Positions 8,681-15,464 are shown, numbered from the stretch's first letter. The stretch is DNA of 64,000 nucleotides from a virus (IMGVR_UViG_3300042914_003231:1-64000); one strand, 5' to 3'. Numbers and translations are program-made. Notes: generated by a model not told the origin, from the sequence alone.

Positions 8681-9718
8681 TTAAGTTGTTTTATTTTCTT
8701 TCCATTGAATTCCTGGACAGTAGTTCTCTTTAACAGTCATAATATACTGCCAAAAGAATTTGAAGAACTGACCTAAGCCAGATCCTATAACTATAAAGAA
8801 TTTAGCAAATGCTACAGCTGCTTTACCAAAGGTTCTTCCAAACCATGAGTTGCATATACATACAGCACATTTAGTAAATATTCTAGCAAACATCCATACT
8901 ATAAGCACTATAATTCCTACAAATACTAAAATAATTCCAGCATTTCTTAAGAATCTCCAAAGCTTATCTGGATAAAAGTGGGCCCAAGCATAGTCAATAA
9001 CTAACCATACACCGTATGCTATAATTATTAAGAGAGCTATTGCAATAATATAACCTATCCATTTAGTATACTTTACTATATTAGTAAACATCTGTTGTGT
9101 TCTTTTCTTAGCAACTTCTCTAGCTTCCCATTCTTGTTTTTCTTTAAGAGCTAACTCTTCTTGTAGTTTTTTTCTATCTTCAGCAGCTTTTAACCAGCTA
9201 TCTTTTATTTTTTGTCTCATCTCTTTAAGCTTAAGTTCCCAATCAGGATTATCTTGCTTCCAAAGATCAAACTTCTTTCTCATAGCTTTTTTCTTATACT
9301 CTTTTGTACCATAGATAGGATCTTTACCATCTTTATCTAAGAAGTATTCATCTCTCATGAAATGATAATATTCCCAGTCAGCTTCTGAATTACTTCCACG
9401 AGTCCATTCATGATTATAGTTAACTACCCATGCTTTCATAATATCATCCTCTCCCATAATTCTAGCAGCTTGTCTAACTAAAGGTTCACAGATCTTCTGA
9501 TCAAACCAGTCTGTAGACTTCTCTATAAACCAGACAAATCCCTTAACTATTAATAGAATAAGCTTTACTAATGGTACAATAGGTATGATAAAAGTTACTA
9601 GTATACAAAAATTTGTAAGCCAGAAGTAAGGACAGAAGTTGTTGAATCTAGGCGGGTTATTAAAGACAAACCTCTGTAGTCTTCTATGCCATCCATTAGA
9701 ATTTAATGTTATTTCCAT
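8681..9718 (-). CDS. multi-pass membrane protein with a central coiled coil, 345 aa
   Basis: Hydrophobic N- and C-terminal blocks flank the Lys/Glu-rich KLKEMRQKIKDSWLKAAEDRKKLQEELALKEKQEWEAREVAKK. Confidence 0.7.
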   Translation of the reverse strand: MEITLNSNGWHRRLQRFVFNNPPRFNNFCPYFWLTNFCILVTFIIPIVPLVKLILLIVKGFVWFIEKSTDWFDQKICEPLVRQAARIMGEDDIMKAWVVNYNHEWTRGSNSEADWEYYHFMRDEYFLDKDGKDPIYGTKEYKKKAMRKKFDLWKQDNPDWELKLKEMRQKIKDSWLKAAEDRKKLQEELALKEKQEWEAREVAKKRTQQMFTNIVKYTKWIGYIIAIALLIIIAYGVWLVIDYAWAHFYPDKLWRFLRNAGIILVFVGIIVLIVWMFARIFTKCAVCICNSWFGRTFGKAAVAFAKFFIVIGSGLGQFFKFFWQYIMTVKENYCPGIQWKENKTT

Positions 9719-9730
9719 ATTTGTTTTTAA

Positions 9731-9759
9731 TTTTAAAGTTTAAATATTTTAAAGTTTAA
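9731..9759. repeat. direct repeat TTTTAAAGTTTAA x2 (16-nt period) upstream of the 9718 start
   Basis: Read directly at 9731-9743 and 9747-9759. Confidence 0.85.
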
Positions 9760-9884
9760 CTATCAGCAGTCCTTGTACTGTATCTGCTGTTTTATAAGGA
9801 AATAGTTAATAGGTATTGACTGTCTAGTAAGGGCTCCATATAAAGCACTCTCGAGAACTCTGTTACGTATGCACCAAGAGACAG

Positions 9885-9916
9885 TCAAAAAGATGGGCTA
9901 GGAGATTGCTCTCCTA
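9885..9916 (-). terminator. terminator-like hairpin after 9949..10404
   Basis: 7-bp stem TAGGAGA/TCTCCTA with a GCAA tetraloop (minus strand); T-run 6 nt downstream. Confidence 0.5.
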
Positions 9917-9948
9917 TTGGCTGGTATGAGACAGCTCAATGCCCAATG

Positions 9949-10404
9949 TTATTTGTGTAAATAGTATCTCCATTCACTGGATCCTCCAGCTTCAGAGAAT
10001 ACAAACTTTGTACTGGTCAGTTGAATAATAGGAAAAGTGGAAGTGCTAAGTTCAAAATACCCGGCATTAGGTGCTTTCCAAGAATACTTTTTTAAGTTAC
10101 ACCATATATGTCCATCATCTACATTGTAAAAACCGGTTGAGTTGTTTATATAATCAGTATCATAAAACTGCATCCTACAAGAGGTTGTATTACTTGATAC
10201 AGATACACTCTGCCTTATGTTATTGTCATACCTTACAACAGAGTCCAATAACCATAAACCTAATAAGCTTTGTTCTTGAGCTGTTAGATTGTTATTACTG
10301 TTGTTCTGATTGGTAGAAGGTGATGGATTAGTAGTCGGTGCTGGTGAGTTCTTATTGCAGGCCATCATTACAATCAGGCTTAGCAAGCAAAATAGTTTTT
10401 TCAT
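9949..10404 (-). CDS. lipoprotein, 151 aa
   Basis: MKKLFCLLSLIVMMAC has a lipobox-like motif (MAC), followed by an Asn/Ser/Thr/Pro linker. Confidence 0.7.
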   Translation of the reverse strand: MKKLFCLLSLIVMMACNKNSPAPTTNPSPSTNQNNSNNNLTAQEQSLLGLWLLDSVVRYDNNIRQSVSVSSNTTSCRMQFYDTDYINNSTGFYNVDDGHIWCNLKKYSWKAPNAGYFELSTSTFPIIQLTSTKFVFSEAGGSSEWRYYLHK

Positions 10405-10424
10405 TTGAGTTGTTGTTTAATTGG

Positions 10425-10643
10425 TTAATAAATTACTCCACATTTCTTACACTTAGTATGTCCGTGATTGGATTCACCCCATTCATGTACACATGTAGAA
10501 GGAGCTGGTGTATCTTGTTTAAGTTCATAGTTCTCATTTATTAGACTGATAATTACATCAGCTGAGGCTTCTGGAGTTCTGTCTCCATTCTCCACGGCTC
10601 TTAATAGCTTGCGAAGATAGTCTCTTTGAATATGTGTTGCCAT
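10425..10643 (-). CDS. small protein with a C-terminal zinc-ribbon-like motif, 72 aa
   Basis: C-terminus CVHEWGESNHGHTKCKKCG. Confidence 0.6.
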   Translation of the reverse strand: MATHIQRDYLRKLLRAVENGDRTPEASADVIISLINENYELKQDTPAPSTCVHEWGESNHGHTKCKKCGVIY

Positions 10644-10667
10644 AGTTTGAGTTGATTTTAGAGTTGA

Positions 10668-10704
10668 TTAATAAAATGAGAGGGCTTTCTTTCGGTACCC
10701 TCTC
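10668..10704 (-). terminator. terminator-like hairpin 25-60 nt upstream of the 10643 start codon
   Basis: 7-bp stem GAGAGGG/CCCTCTC, followed on the minus strand by ATTTTATTAA. Confidence 0.5.
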
Positions 10705-11021
10705 TGACTTTACCTGCTTGCTAAGACTTTACTGTTGGCTCTCACATCCCAAAGCTATAAGGGAAAGGCACATGTTGTGTGTTTTCATACCTGGTCTTAA
10801 CCTGTTGATAGTACAACAGTGGTAGGCCCCAGTACACGCCTACTCTAATTCCGGTTATTGTATCAGCCGGTAGATTGTTAATAGATAGGTTCCCCATAAA
10901 GGGTTGGAAGTCAAAACGCTACACTTCCCGCCAGGGTGCGACCCTGTGTTTTCATCGAATGCCATGCTAAAGACCTAGAGGCGACCACCGTTACTAGATC
11001 TAGAGTTGATGCTAGAGTATA
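10705..11021. ncRNA. candidate structured RNA or long leader (ORF-free, GC-enriched)
   Basis: No ORF in the track. Hairpins CAGGGT-gcg-ACCCTG and CCGG...CCGG. A possible TAGCTTTG -7 box on the minus strand at 10753-10760. Confidence 0.3.
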
Positions 11022-11576
11022 TTAGAGTTCAAGTAATTTGTTGATATACAATACCATCTCCTTGTAAGTGATCAAGTGATTACCCAAGTATCTTTTGATC
11101 TTAGGCCACTCAGCCTTATACTTCTCATACATAGAGGAATTCTCTAGTAATGAGTACTTTATGTTTGCGATGATATCGCAGAGCTTAACAAACACAGCTA
11201 GTTCATTCTCGACTAGTGTCCGGTAGAACTCTTCATTCTTTCTTTCGGCCCTGTTCCTACCCCTCATCTCAGTACATAAGAAAATGATCTCGGCTAATTC
11301 TTCAGCCTCCTGTTGTGCCATTCCCTTCTTCCTACCTATCTCTATGATATCATTGTATGTAACCCGAGCATCTTCGATCATATCATGACCATAGCAAGCT
11401 GCCTTGACTAAGAACAGTTTATCTCCCGGTATTAGATGACTGAACTTTTTAGCTTGTGCATGCACATAGTGCAAGTGTTGGGAATAAGGTAGAACCTTAG
11501 CATACTTCTGGTTACATACCTCATCATGCCGGCTCATACACCAGTCCCTAAAGTATTCAAATGTTATAATATCCAT
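11022..11576 (-). CDS. HD-domain phosphohydrolase, RelA/SpoT-hydrolase-like (HD_4-like), 184 aa
   Basis: His...His-Asp...Asp pattern: PYSQHLHYVH, AACYGHDMIEDARVTYNDI, VKLCDIIANIKY. Confidence 0.65.
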   Translation of the reverse strand: MDIITFEYFRDWCMSRHDEVCNQKYAKVLPYSQHLHYVHAQAKKFSHLIPGDKLFLVKAACYGHDMIEDARVTYNDIIEIGRKKGMAQQEAEELAEIIFLCTEMRGRNRAERKNEEFYRTLVENELAVFVKLCDIIANIKYSLLENSSMYEKYKAEWPKIKRYLGNHLITYKEMVLYINKLLEL

Positions 11577-11642
11577 GACTAATGGTTTTAGTAGTTAAAC
11601 AATGGGATGATATGGTATAGGCTCTATGAGAGCTCGTGTTAG

Positions 11643-11858
11643 TTAGTAATTATCAGCCATAGAAGCTAGTATAAGTATTGCACCAATGACTATTAGTATG
11701 ATGGCCAGTGGGAAACATAAGTTCCACCAGCTTAATACAGCTATGGTGACTAGCATAACTCTTGGTTTGATTTCGGTGGCGGTCTCTATATCATATAGAA
11801 TACCTGCTATTATACCTATAAGAGATAGAATAGCAATTGTTAAAATGATCTTGTCCAT
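11643..11858 (-). CDS. small two-TM membrane protein, 71 aa
   Basis: ORF track; almost entirely hydrophobic. Confidence 0.6.
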   Translation of the reverse strand: MDKIILTIAILSLIGIIAGILYDIETATEIKPRVMLVTIAVLSWWNLCFPLAIILIVIGAILILASMADNY

Positions 11859-12171
11859 GGTTTATAGGTTTAAATGGTTATACAATAAGAGCTGAGTCAG
11901 CCTCGGTTAATATCTTTAAAGCTGTGGTGATCCTTTCCTACCTATATAAGGATATAGTAATAGGTATAGATATAGAGATAGTAGTATATAGGGTAATATC
12001 TTTAAGCAAGTAAACCTATTAGGTTTATTAGCTATATGGTGCACGCTCGCCTAAAGGGTGATTGAGGGCTTATTGATCATGGTATCAAAGTGTTGTAGGG
12101 AGTTCACCCCACCTCATGCACACTCTTTTCTTACACATTATCAACTAGTTAGCTGGTTTTTTGTTTGCTTT

Positions 12172-12420
12172 AGACCTGATGAGATCTATTCAACCGGTGT
12201 TATTCTCCCTATATATAGAGATAAGATAACCACCAAGTACTAAACCTGACACAACTATGCGAAGAAATATTCAAAGTGTTTGTCCTATATATAGGGAAAC
12301 ATCTACCAACTATACCATAGACCTGATAAGACTATGCGAAGACTATTTAAAAACACAGTAGATACCAAGAAAAGAAAAAGAAAAGGAACATAGGGATATT
12401 ACTCCCTATATTCCTCTGTC
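12172..12420. repeat. three degenerate tandem modules of about 70-77 bp (starts 12172, 12242, 12319), each with A(G/A)ACCTGA and a CCTATATATAG(G) core
   Basis: Exact 12-mer ACTATGCGAAGA at 12254 and 12331. CCTATATATAG at 12208 and 12284. TAGGGA/TCCCTA hairpin at 12391-12409. Confidence 0.8.
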
Positions 12421-12433
12421 CCCTCTTTATCTC

Positions 12434-12883
12434 CTACATTTTGTCAACACCGCCTTTAACAGCCGCATTCTTTGCTTGCAACTTGGCAATGTTAGCTGAG
12501 CGATTGCTAGCCAATGTGCCTGCAAAACGCTTTAGTTCAGCAAGCTTATCTTGTGCATAAGCTGCTTTGGTAGCCTCATCAGCACCGCTGATTAAGTCGG
12601 CCAATTGCTTCTCTACTGAGTTATCAGTAAACCAGATGATTTCTCCTGAAGCACTTACTGTACGCTCCAATGTTGCCGAAGTACCATACTTAACAGCGGC
12701 TTTTGCTGTGAAGTGGATTAATGGGTTGCCCTCATCGTCCTGACTGTCAATACCTTTAGCCAATTGGTCTTGGCGGTATTGTTCTGCACCCTCGCCAGTT
12801 ACCTTGTAACTAACCATTGGTGTTCCTGTTTCCTTAGCTTTGTAAGGATTTGGGTTGCTGATTGTGATTGTTTTCTTTTCCAT
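12434..12883 (-). CDS. hypothetical protein, 149 aa, GC-richer codon usage
   Basis: ORF track. Codon usage is visibly richer in G/C-ending codons than in neighbouring genes. Confidence 0.7.
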   Translation of the reverse strand: MEKKTITISNPNPYKAKETGTPMVSYKVTGEGAEQYRQDQLAKGIDSQDDEGNPLIHFTAKAAVKYGTSATLERTVSASGEIIWFTDNSVEKQLADLISGADEATKAAYAQDKLAELKRFAGTLASNRSANIAKLQAKNAAVKGGVDKM

Positions 12884-12931
12884 TTTGAGTTGGTTTTTAA
12901 GTTATGACATTATTGTCAAGGTAGTTAATGG

Positions 12932-12963
12932 GATACAAGAGAAAGAAGATACAAGAGAAAGAA
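12932..12963. repeat. tandem 16-mer GATACAAGAGAAAGAA x2, followed by degenerate copies
   Basis: Read directly. Confidence 0.9.
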
Positions 12964-13213
12964 TACACACAGAAGAATGCACACAGGTAGCCATTGCTAT
13001 CCCATGTGCATGTCCATGACAACAAAGAACGATCACCTCAAGTCGAGGCAAATAGACCCATTGATCTTAACCACTGATTTCTTCAGTGATCTGGCCAGTG
13101 TGGTGGCTGAGTCTAATGATGGATATTGTGCTATATATTGTAGCACATGTTTGCTACTAGCCTTATCCCACACTTGTTTAAATACCTGATACATAAGCCT
13201 TTATTTAAGTTAG

Positions 13214-13348
13214 TTAATGTGATACTACAGCCATAACTATGGCCGAGTCAATAACAGCAAGCCAAAGCATTGCTATTATTTTTTTGATTACTGTCCAGTC
13301 CTTTGCATCAGATAATGCAACACCTAGACCTAATGATAGTGTTATCAT
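13214..13348 (-). CDS. small membrane peptide, 44 aa (below the track cut-off)
   Basis: Manual translation: MITLSLGLGVALSDAKDWTVIKKIIAMLWLAVIDSAIVMAVVSH. Confidence 0.35.
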   Translation of the reverse strand: MITLSLGLGVALSDAKDWTVIKKIIAMLWLAVIDSAIVMAVVSH

Positions 13349-13375
13349 AGCTTTAAGTTTTTGAATAACAGTGGA

Positions 13376-13579
13376 TTATTCTCCACTGTTATTTGAGTTA
13401 TCTTTATCCCAAGCATTGTGTCCTGCAATGCTGTTAGAGATGGTGCCGTCTATATTTCTATAGAATGACTGTTTACCTGTGTATCCTTCTTTAGGAGTGA
13501 ATGCTGGTCTTTGCTTTACAGGAGACTTGGTCTCTACTGATGGCACTTGCATGAAGCCGATTACTGGTACATTTCTCAT
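13376..13579 (-). CDS. hypothetical protein, 67 aa
   Basis: ORF track; first gene of the leftward block. Confidence 0.5.
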   Translation of the reverse strand: MRNVPVIGFMQVPSVETKSPVKQRPAFTPKEGYTGKQSFYRNIDGTISNSIAGHNAWDKDNSNNSGE

Positions 13580-13606
13580 ATGATGTTGGTTTGTGTTAAA
13601 ATAATG

Positions 13607-13742
13607 ATCAAGTGCTACAGGGTGTACATTCCCTGCTCACTATTCTAGGACTCCCTCTCGTAGGTGTATTAAGTAGTAGCCACGACTGGCCTTACTCCCC
13701 CGAATAGTCTCTCAGGATTTCTCCTGTCTTGAGCACTTGATC
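13607..13742. other. structured module A: 11-bp perfect inverted repeat closing about 114 nt
   Basis: GATCAAGTGCT (13607-13617) pairs with AGCACTTGATC (13732-13742). Confidence 0.6.
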
Positions 13743-13937
13743 AATCAAGTTGATGGGATAAAGAAGAAAGAATAGAGTAAGGTGATGAGTGGATCTCTCC
13801 ACTCGCGGCCTTATATAGTTTGTCGTTGCCCTACACATGCAACTATTAAGTATGCAGGGATCGTCCTTGGTTGGCTACATGCTCAAGGATGCATGGATGA
13901 CATGATACCATCTCATCAATCAAGTTCATGGGATAAA
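13741..13937. repeat. 22-mer direct repeat TCAATCAAGTT(G/C)ATGGGATAAA, one copy after each structured module
   Basis: 13741-13762 and 13916-13937 differ by one mismatch and are 175 bp apart. Confidence 0.85.
13783..13918. other. structured module B: inverted repeat TGATGAG(T)GG / CC(AT)CTCATCA
   Basis: 13783-13792 pairs with 13908-13918. An internal hairpin GAGTGGA-tctc-TCCACTC lies at 13787-13804. Confidence 0.5.
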
Positions 13938-14012
13938 AAAAGACAGAACTTTTTCTCCAAGGAAAAAAGTTTCTTACCAGGCTGAATTAGGAAAATGTTT
14001 TTTTCAGACCCT

Positions 14013-14058
14013 GGGGGTAGGGGGTACTATGAAACACGGGGGGAGGTTGTTGGGGAGG
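14013..14058 (+). other. G-run cluster (possible G-quadruplex)
   Basis: GGGGG ta GGGGG ... GGGGGG a GG ... GGGG a GG, within an otherwise AT-rich genome. Confidence 0.4.
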
Positions 14059-14146
14059 ACCCAATCCACAAACACTATTATGTAAAATACCCACCCCGGG
14101 ATATTATATTCTATTGATCAGGTATTGCTTATCTTAGAATTTGAGT

Positions 14147-14154
14147 TATATTTG
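14147..14154 (+). promoter_or_regulatory. Bacteroidota-type -7 box TATATTTG, 4 nt before ATG 14159
   Basis: Matches the TAnnTTTG consensus. Confidence 0.5.
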
Positions 14155-14158
14155 TCCT

Positions 14159-14902
14159 ATGAAAAAAAGTACAATATGGGTTATTGTGGGACTGATAGGA
14201 GTCTTGCTTATTACCCTGGCTTGGATTATGATTTATTCTAAGCCTAAACCTATTCCGGATATAAAAAATGGAGTAACCTATCATAAGATTTATAATCATA
14301 CTAAGGATTCGGTATTGGTATGGGTTACTTTGGGGGCAACCCCGGGGTGTCTGCAGGATGTGACTAAGATACCTTTTGTTACTTCTGGATCAGGGTTAGT
14401 AGGATCCTTCTACCTAGCAGCTGGTGATTCTACTATTTGGTATGCACCGGACTCAGTTGGATTCAATGGAGTATTTAGCTTTAATTATCAGCCAGATAAC
14501 TGCCCAGCTCCTACGTATCCTAACGGTATTAACCAGTATGAGTTTATAGTGAACAATGCATTCCAAGCAGGACAACCTCAAGAGAGTATCAATATCTCAT
14601 GTGTTCATGGGGTGAACTGTGTTATTCGTGTAGATATAATTACTAGTAATCCATTTAATGCCGGCTCTAAAGTTCCTGTTGTGGAAAGCTTTGCTAATAC
14701 ACTTGATCGGAATCAACTTGGTATCCCTGGTGTATACCCGTATGCGTGCACACATTGTACAGACTACATAGGAGCCCCCGGCTGTATCTCTACTCCTCAG
14801 CCTGTTTCTAAAGAACAAATCTGCCAGGTACAAAGACCAGCTAACCAATCAGGAGGAATGATAAAAGTTATATATTTAGGAAATGAAGAACCTGCAAAAT
14901 AA
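14159..14902 (+). CDS. membrane-anchored or secreted Cys-containing protein, possibly thaumatin-like fold, 247 aa
   Basis: N-terminal TM segment. The segment NQYEFIVNN...ESINISCVHGVNCVIRV resembles the thaumatin T.AEF.L...D.YDVSLVDGFN.P pattern. The ATG at 14159 is preferred over the track's TTG at 14141. Confidence 0.6.
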   Translation: MKKSTIWVIVGLIGVLLITLAWIMIYSKPKPIPDIKNGVTYHKIYNHTKDSVLVWVTLGATPGCLQDVTKIPFVTSGSGLVGSFYLAAGDSTIWYAPDSVGFNGVFSFNYQPDNCPAPTYPNGINQYEFIVNNAFQAGQPQESINISCVHGVNCVIRVDIITSNPFNAGSKVPVVESFANTLDRNQLGIPGVYPYACTHCTDYIGAPGCISTPQPVSKEQICQVQRPANQSGGMIKVIYLGNEEPAK

Positions 14903-14903
14903 A

Positions 14904-14935
14904 TTTGCATAATTAAAAAAACTATATTATATTTG
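14904..14935 (+). promoter_or_regulatory. promoter: TTTG (-33) N20 TATATTTG (-7)
   Basis: TTTG at 14904-14907 and TATATTTG at 14928-14935. Same spacing as the promoter at 16511-16542. Confidence 0.6.
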
Positions 14936-14939
14936 TAAC

Positions 14940-15011
14940 ATGAAACTGTTTTTCTTATCGTTTAGTTGTTTATGGTATCTCTCACAAGGAGGCAGCCCGG
15001 GCATTTCATGA
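14940..15011 (+). CDS. leader ORF 1, 23 codons: MKLFFLSFSCLWYLSQGGSPGIS
   Basis: ATG lies 4 nt after the -7 box. Residues 3-15 use only F, L, S, C, W and Y, the amino acids of the next 8 tRNAs. A terminator follows 36 nt after the stop. Confidence 0.5.
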   Translation: MKLFFLSFSCLWYLSQGGSPGIS

Positions 15012-15047
15012 TAGGTTTTTCATAGTTAAACATGATTAATTGACAAA

Positions 15048-15079
15048 ATCCCTGGGCTGATTACCCGGGGATTTTTTTT
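15048..15079 (+). terminator. intrinsic terminator immediately before tRNA-Phe
   Basis: 9-bp stem ATCCCTGGG/CCCGGGGAT with a 7-nt loop and T8. Confidence 0.8.
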
Positions 15080-15151
15080 GGACTCATAGCTCAGTAGGTA
15101 GAGCGCAGGACTGAAAATCCTGCCGCACTGGTTCGATTCCAGTTGAGTCCA
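15080..15151 (+). tRNA. tRNA-Phe (GAA)
   Basis: Acceptor GGACTCA/TGAGTCC; D GCTC/GAGC; anticodon arm CAGGA-CTGAAAA-TCCTG; T arm ACTGG-TTCGATT-CCAGT. Confidence 0.92.
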
Positions 15152-15156
15152 CACAA

Positions 15157-15239
15157 GCCGACACTGTAGAGTGGGAGATCTACACCAGACTGTAAATCTG
15201 GAGTCTTAGACTTTGGGAGTTCGAATCTCTCTGGCGGCA
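15157..15239 (+). tRNA. tRNA-Tyr (GTA), long variable arm
   Basis: Acceptor GCCGACA/TGGCGGC (one mismatch); arm CCAGA-CTGTAAA-TCTGG; T arm GGGAG-TTCGAAT-CTCTC. Confidence 0.85.
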
Positions 15240-15244
15240 CAAAA

Positions 15245-15330
15245 GGAAGGTTGGCAGAGCCTGGCCGATTGCACCAGTCTTGAAAACTGGAGGTCCCTTG
15301 GATCCGTGAGTTCGAATCTCACACCTTCCT
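15245..15330 (+). tRNA. tRNA-Ser (TGA)
   Basis: Acceptor GGAAGGT/ACCTTCC; arm CCAGT-CTTGAAA-ACTGG; long variable arm; T arm GTGAG-TTCGAAT-CTCAC. Confidence 0.9.
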
Positions 15331-15390
15331 CAACATGCATAGAAAAATGCACTTTTCTATACATGTTTTTTGAAAGTGCATAAAAACTAT

Positions 15391-15431
15391 ACATCTCTAG
15401 CTCAACTGGCGGAGCAGCGGTCTCCAAAACC
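15391..15431 (+). pseudogene. truncated tRNA-Trp-like 5' portion (acceptor 5' strand to anticodon loop only)
   Basis: D arm GCTC-AACTGGCG-GAGC and loop CTCCAAA. Shares the 13-mer GGTCTCCAAAACC with the intact tRNA-Trp (15419-15431 versus 15834-15846). No T arm and no 3' acceptor complement. Confidence 0.6.
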
Positions 15432-15464
15432 ATAAAGCAGTTTGGATACTGAAGTAAAAACATG

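Noticed and set aside
7123-12963. CRISPR array among the short tandem repeats (7123-7153, 9731-9759, 12172-12420, 12932-12963)
   Set aside because: The repeat units are 7-16 nt with no unique spacers, or about 76-bp degenerate modules. There are no cas genes. These are not CRISPR-like.
12977-13189. 70-aa plus-strand ORF in the 12.9-13.2 kb spacer, and 13782..13985 (+) in the divergent region
   Set aside because: They have Cys/His/Ser-rich odd composition and no promoter box or leader motif. They overlap the hairpins and repeats described above, so I treat them as non-coding.
7113-14140. Alternative genetic code (stop-codon reassignment) as the explanation for the long ORF-free gaps
   Set aside because: TAA, TAG and TGA all occur repeatedly in every frame of the gaps. 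No suppressor tRNA is present in the array. Neighbouring genes read cleanly in the standard code.
14986-15025. Shine-Dalgarno-like AAGGAGG inside leader ORF 1, followed by a 5-codon ORF (ATG 15008)
   Set aside because: No other gene in the window uses an SD sequence, and Bacteroidota-type initiation is SD-independent. The mini-ORF is trivial and probably coincidental, but it should be kept in mind when mutating the leader.
15206-15463. 85-aa minus-strand ORF in the track
   Set aside because: It lies antisense across tRNA-Tyr, tRNA-Ser and the tRNA-Trp fragment. It is an artefact of the GC-richer, stop-poor tRNA sequence.
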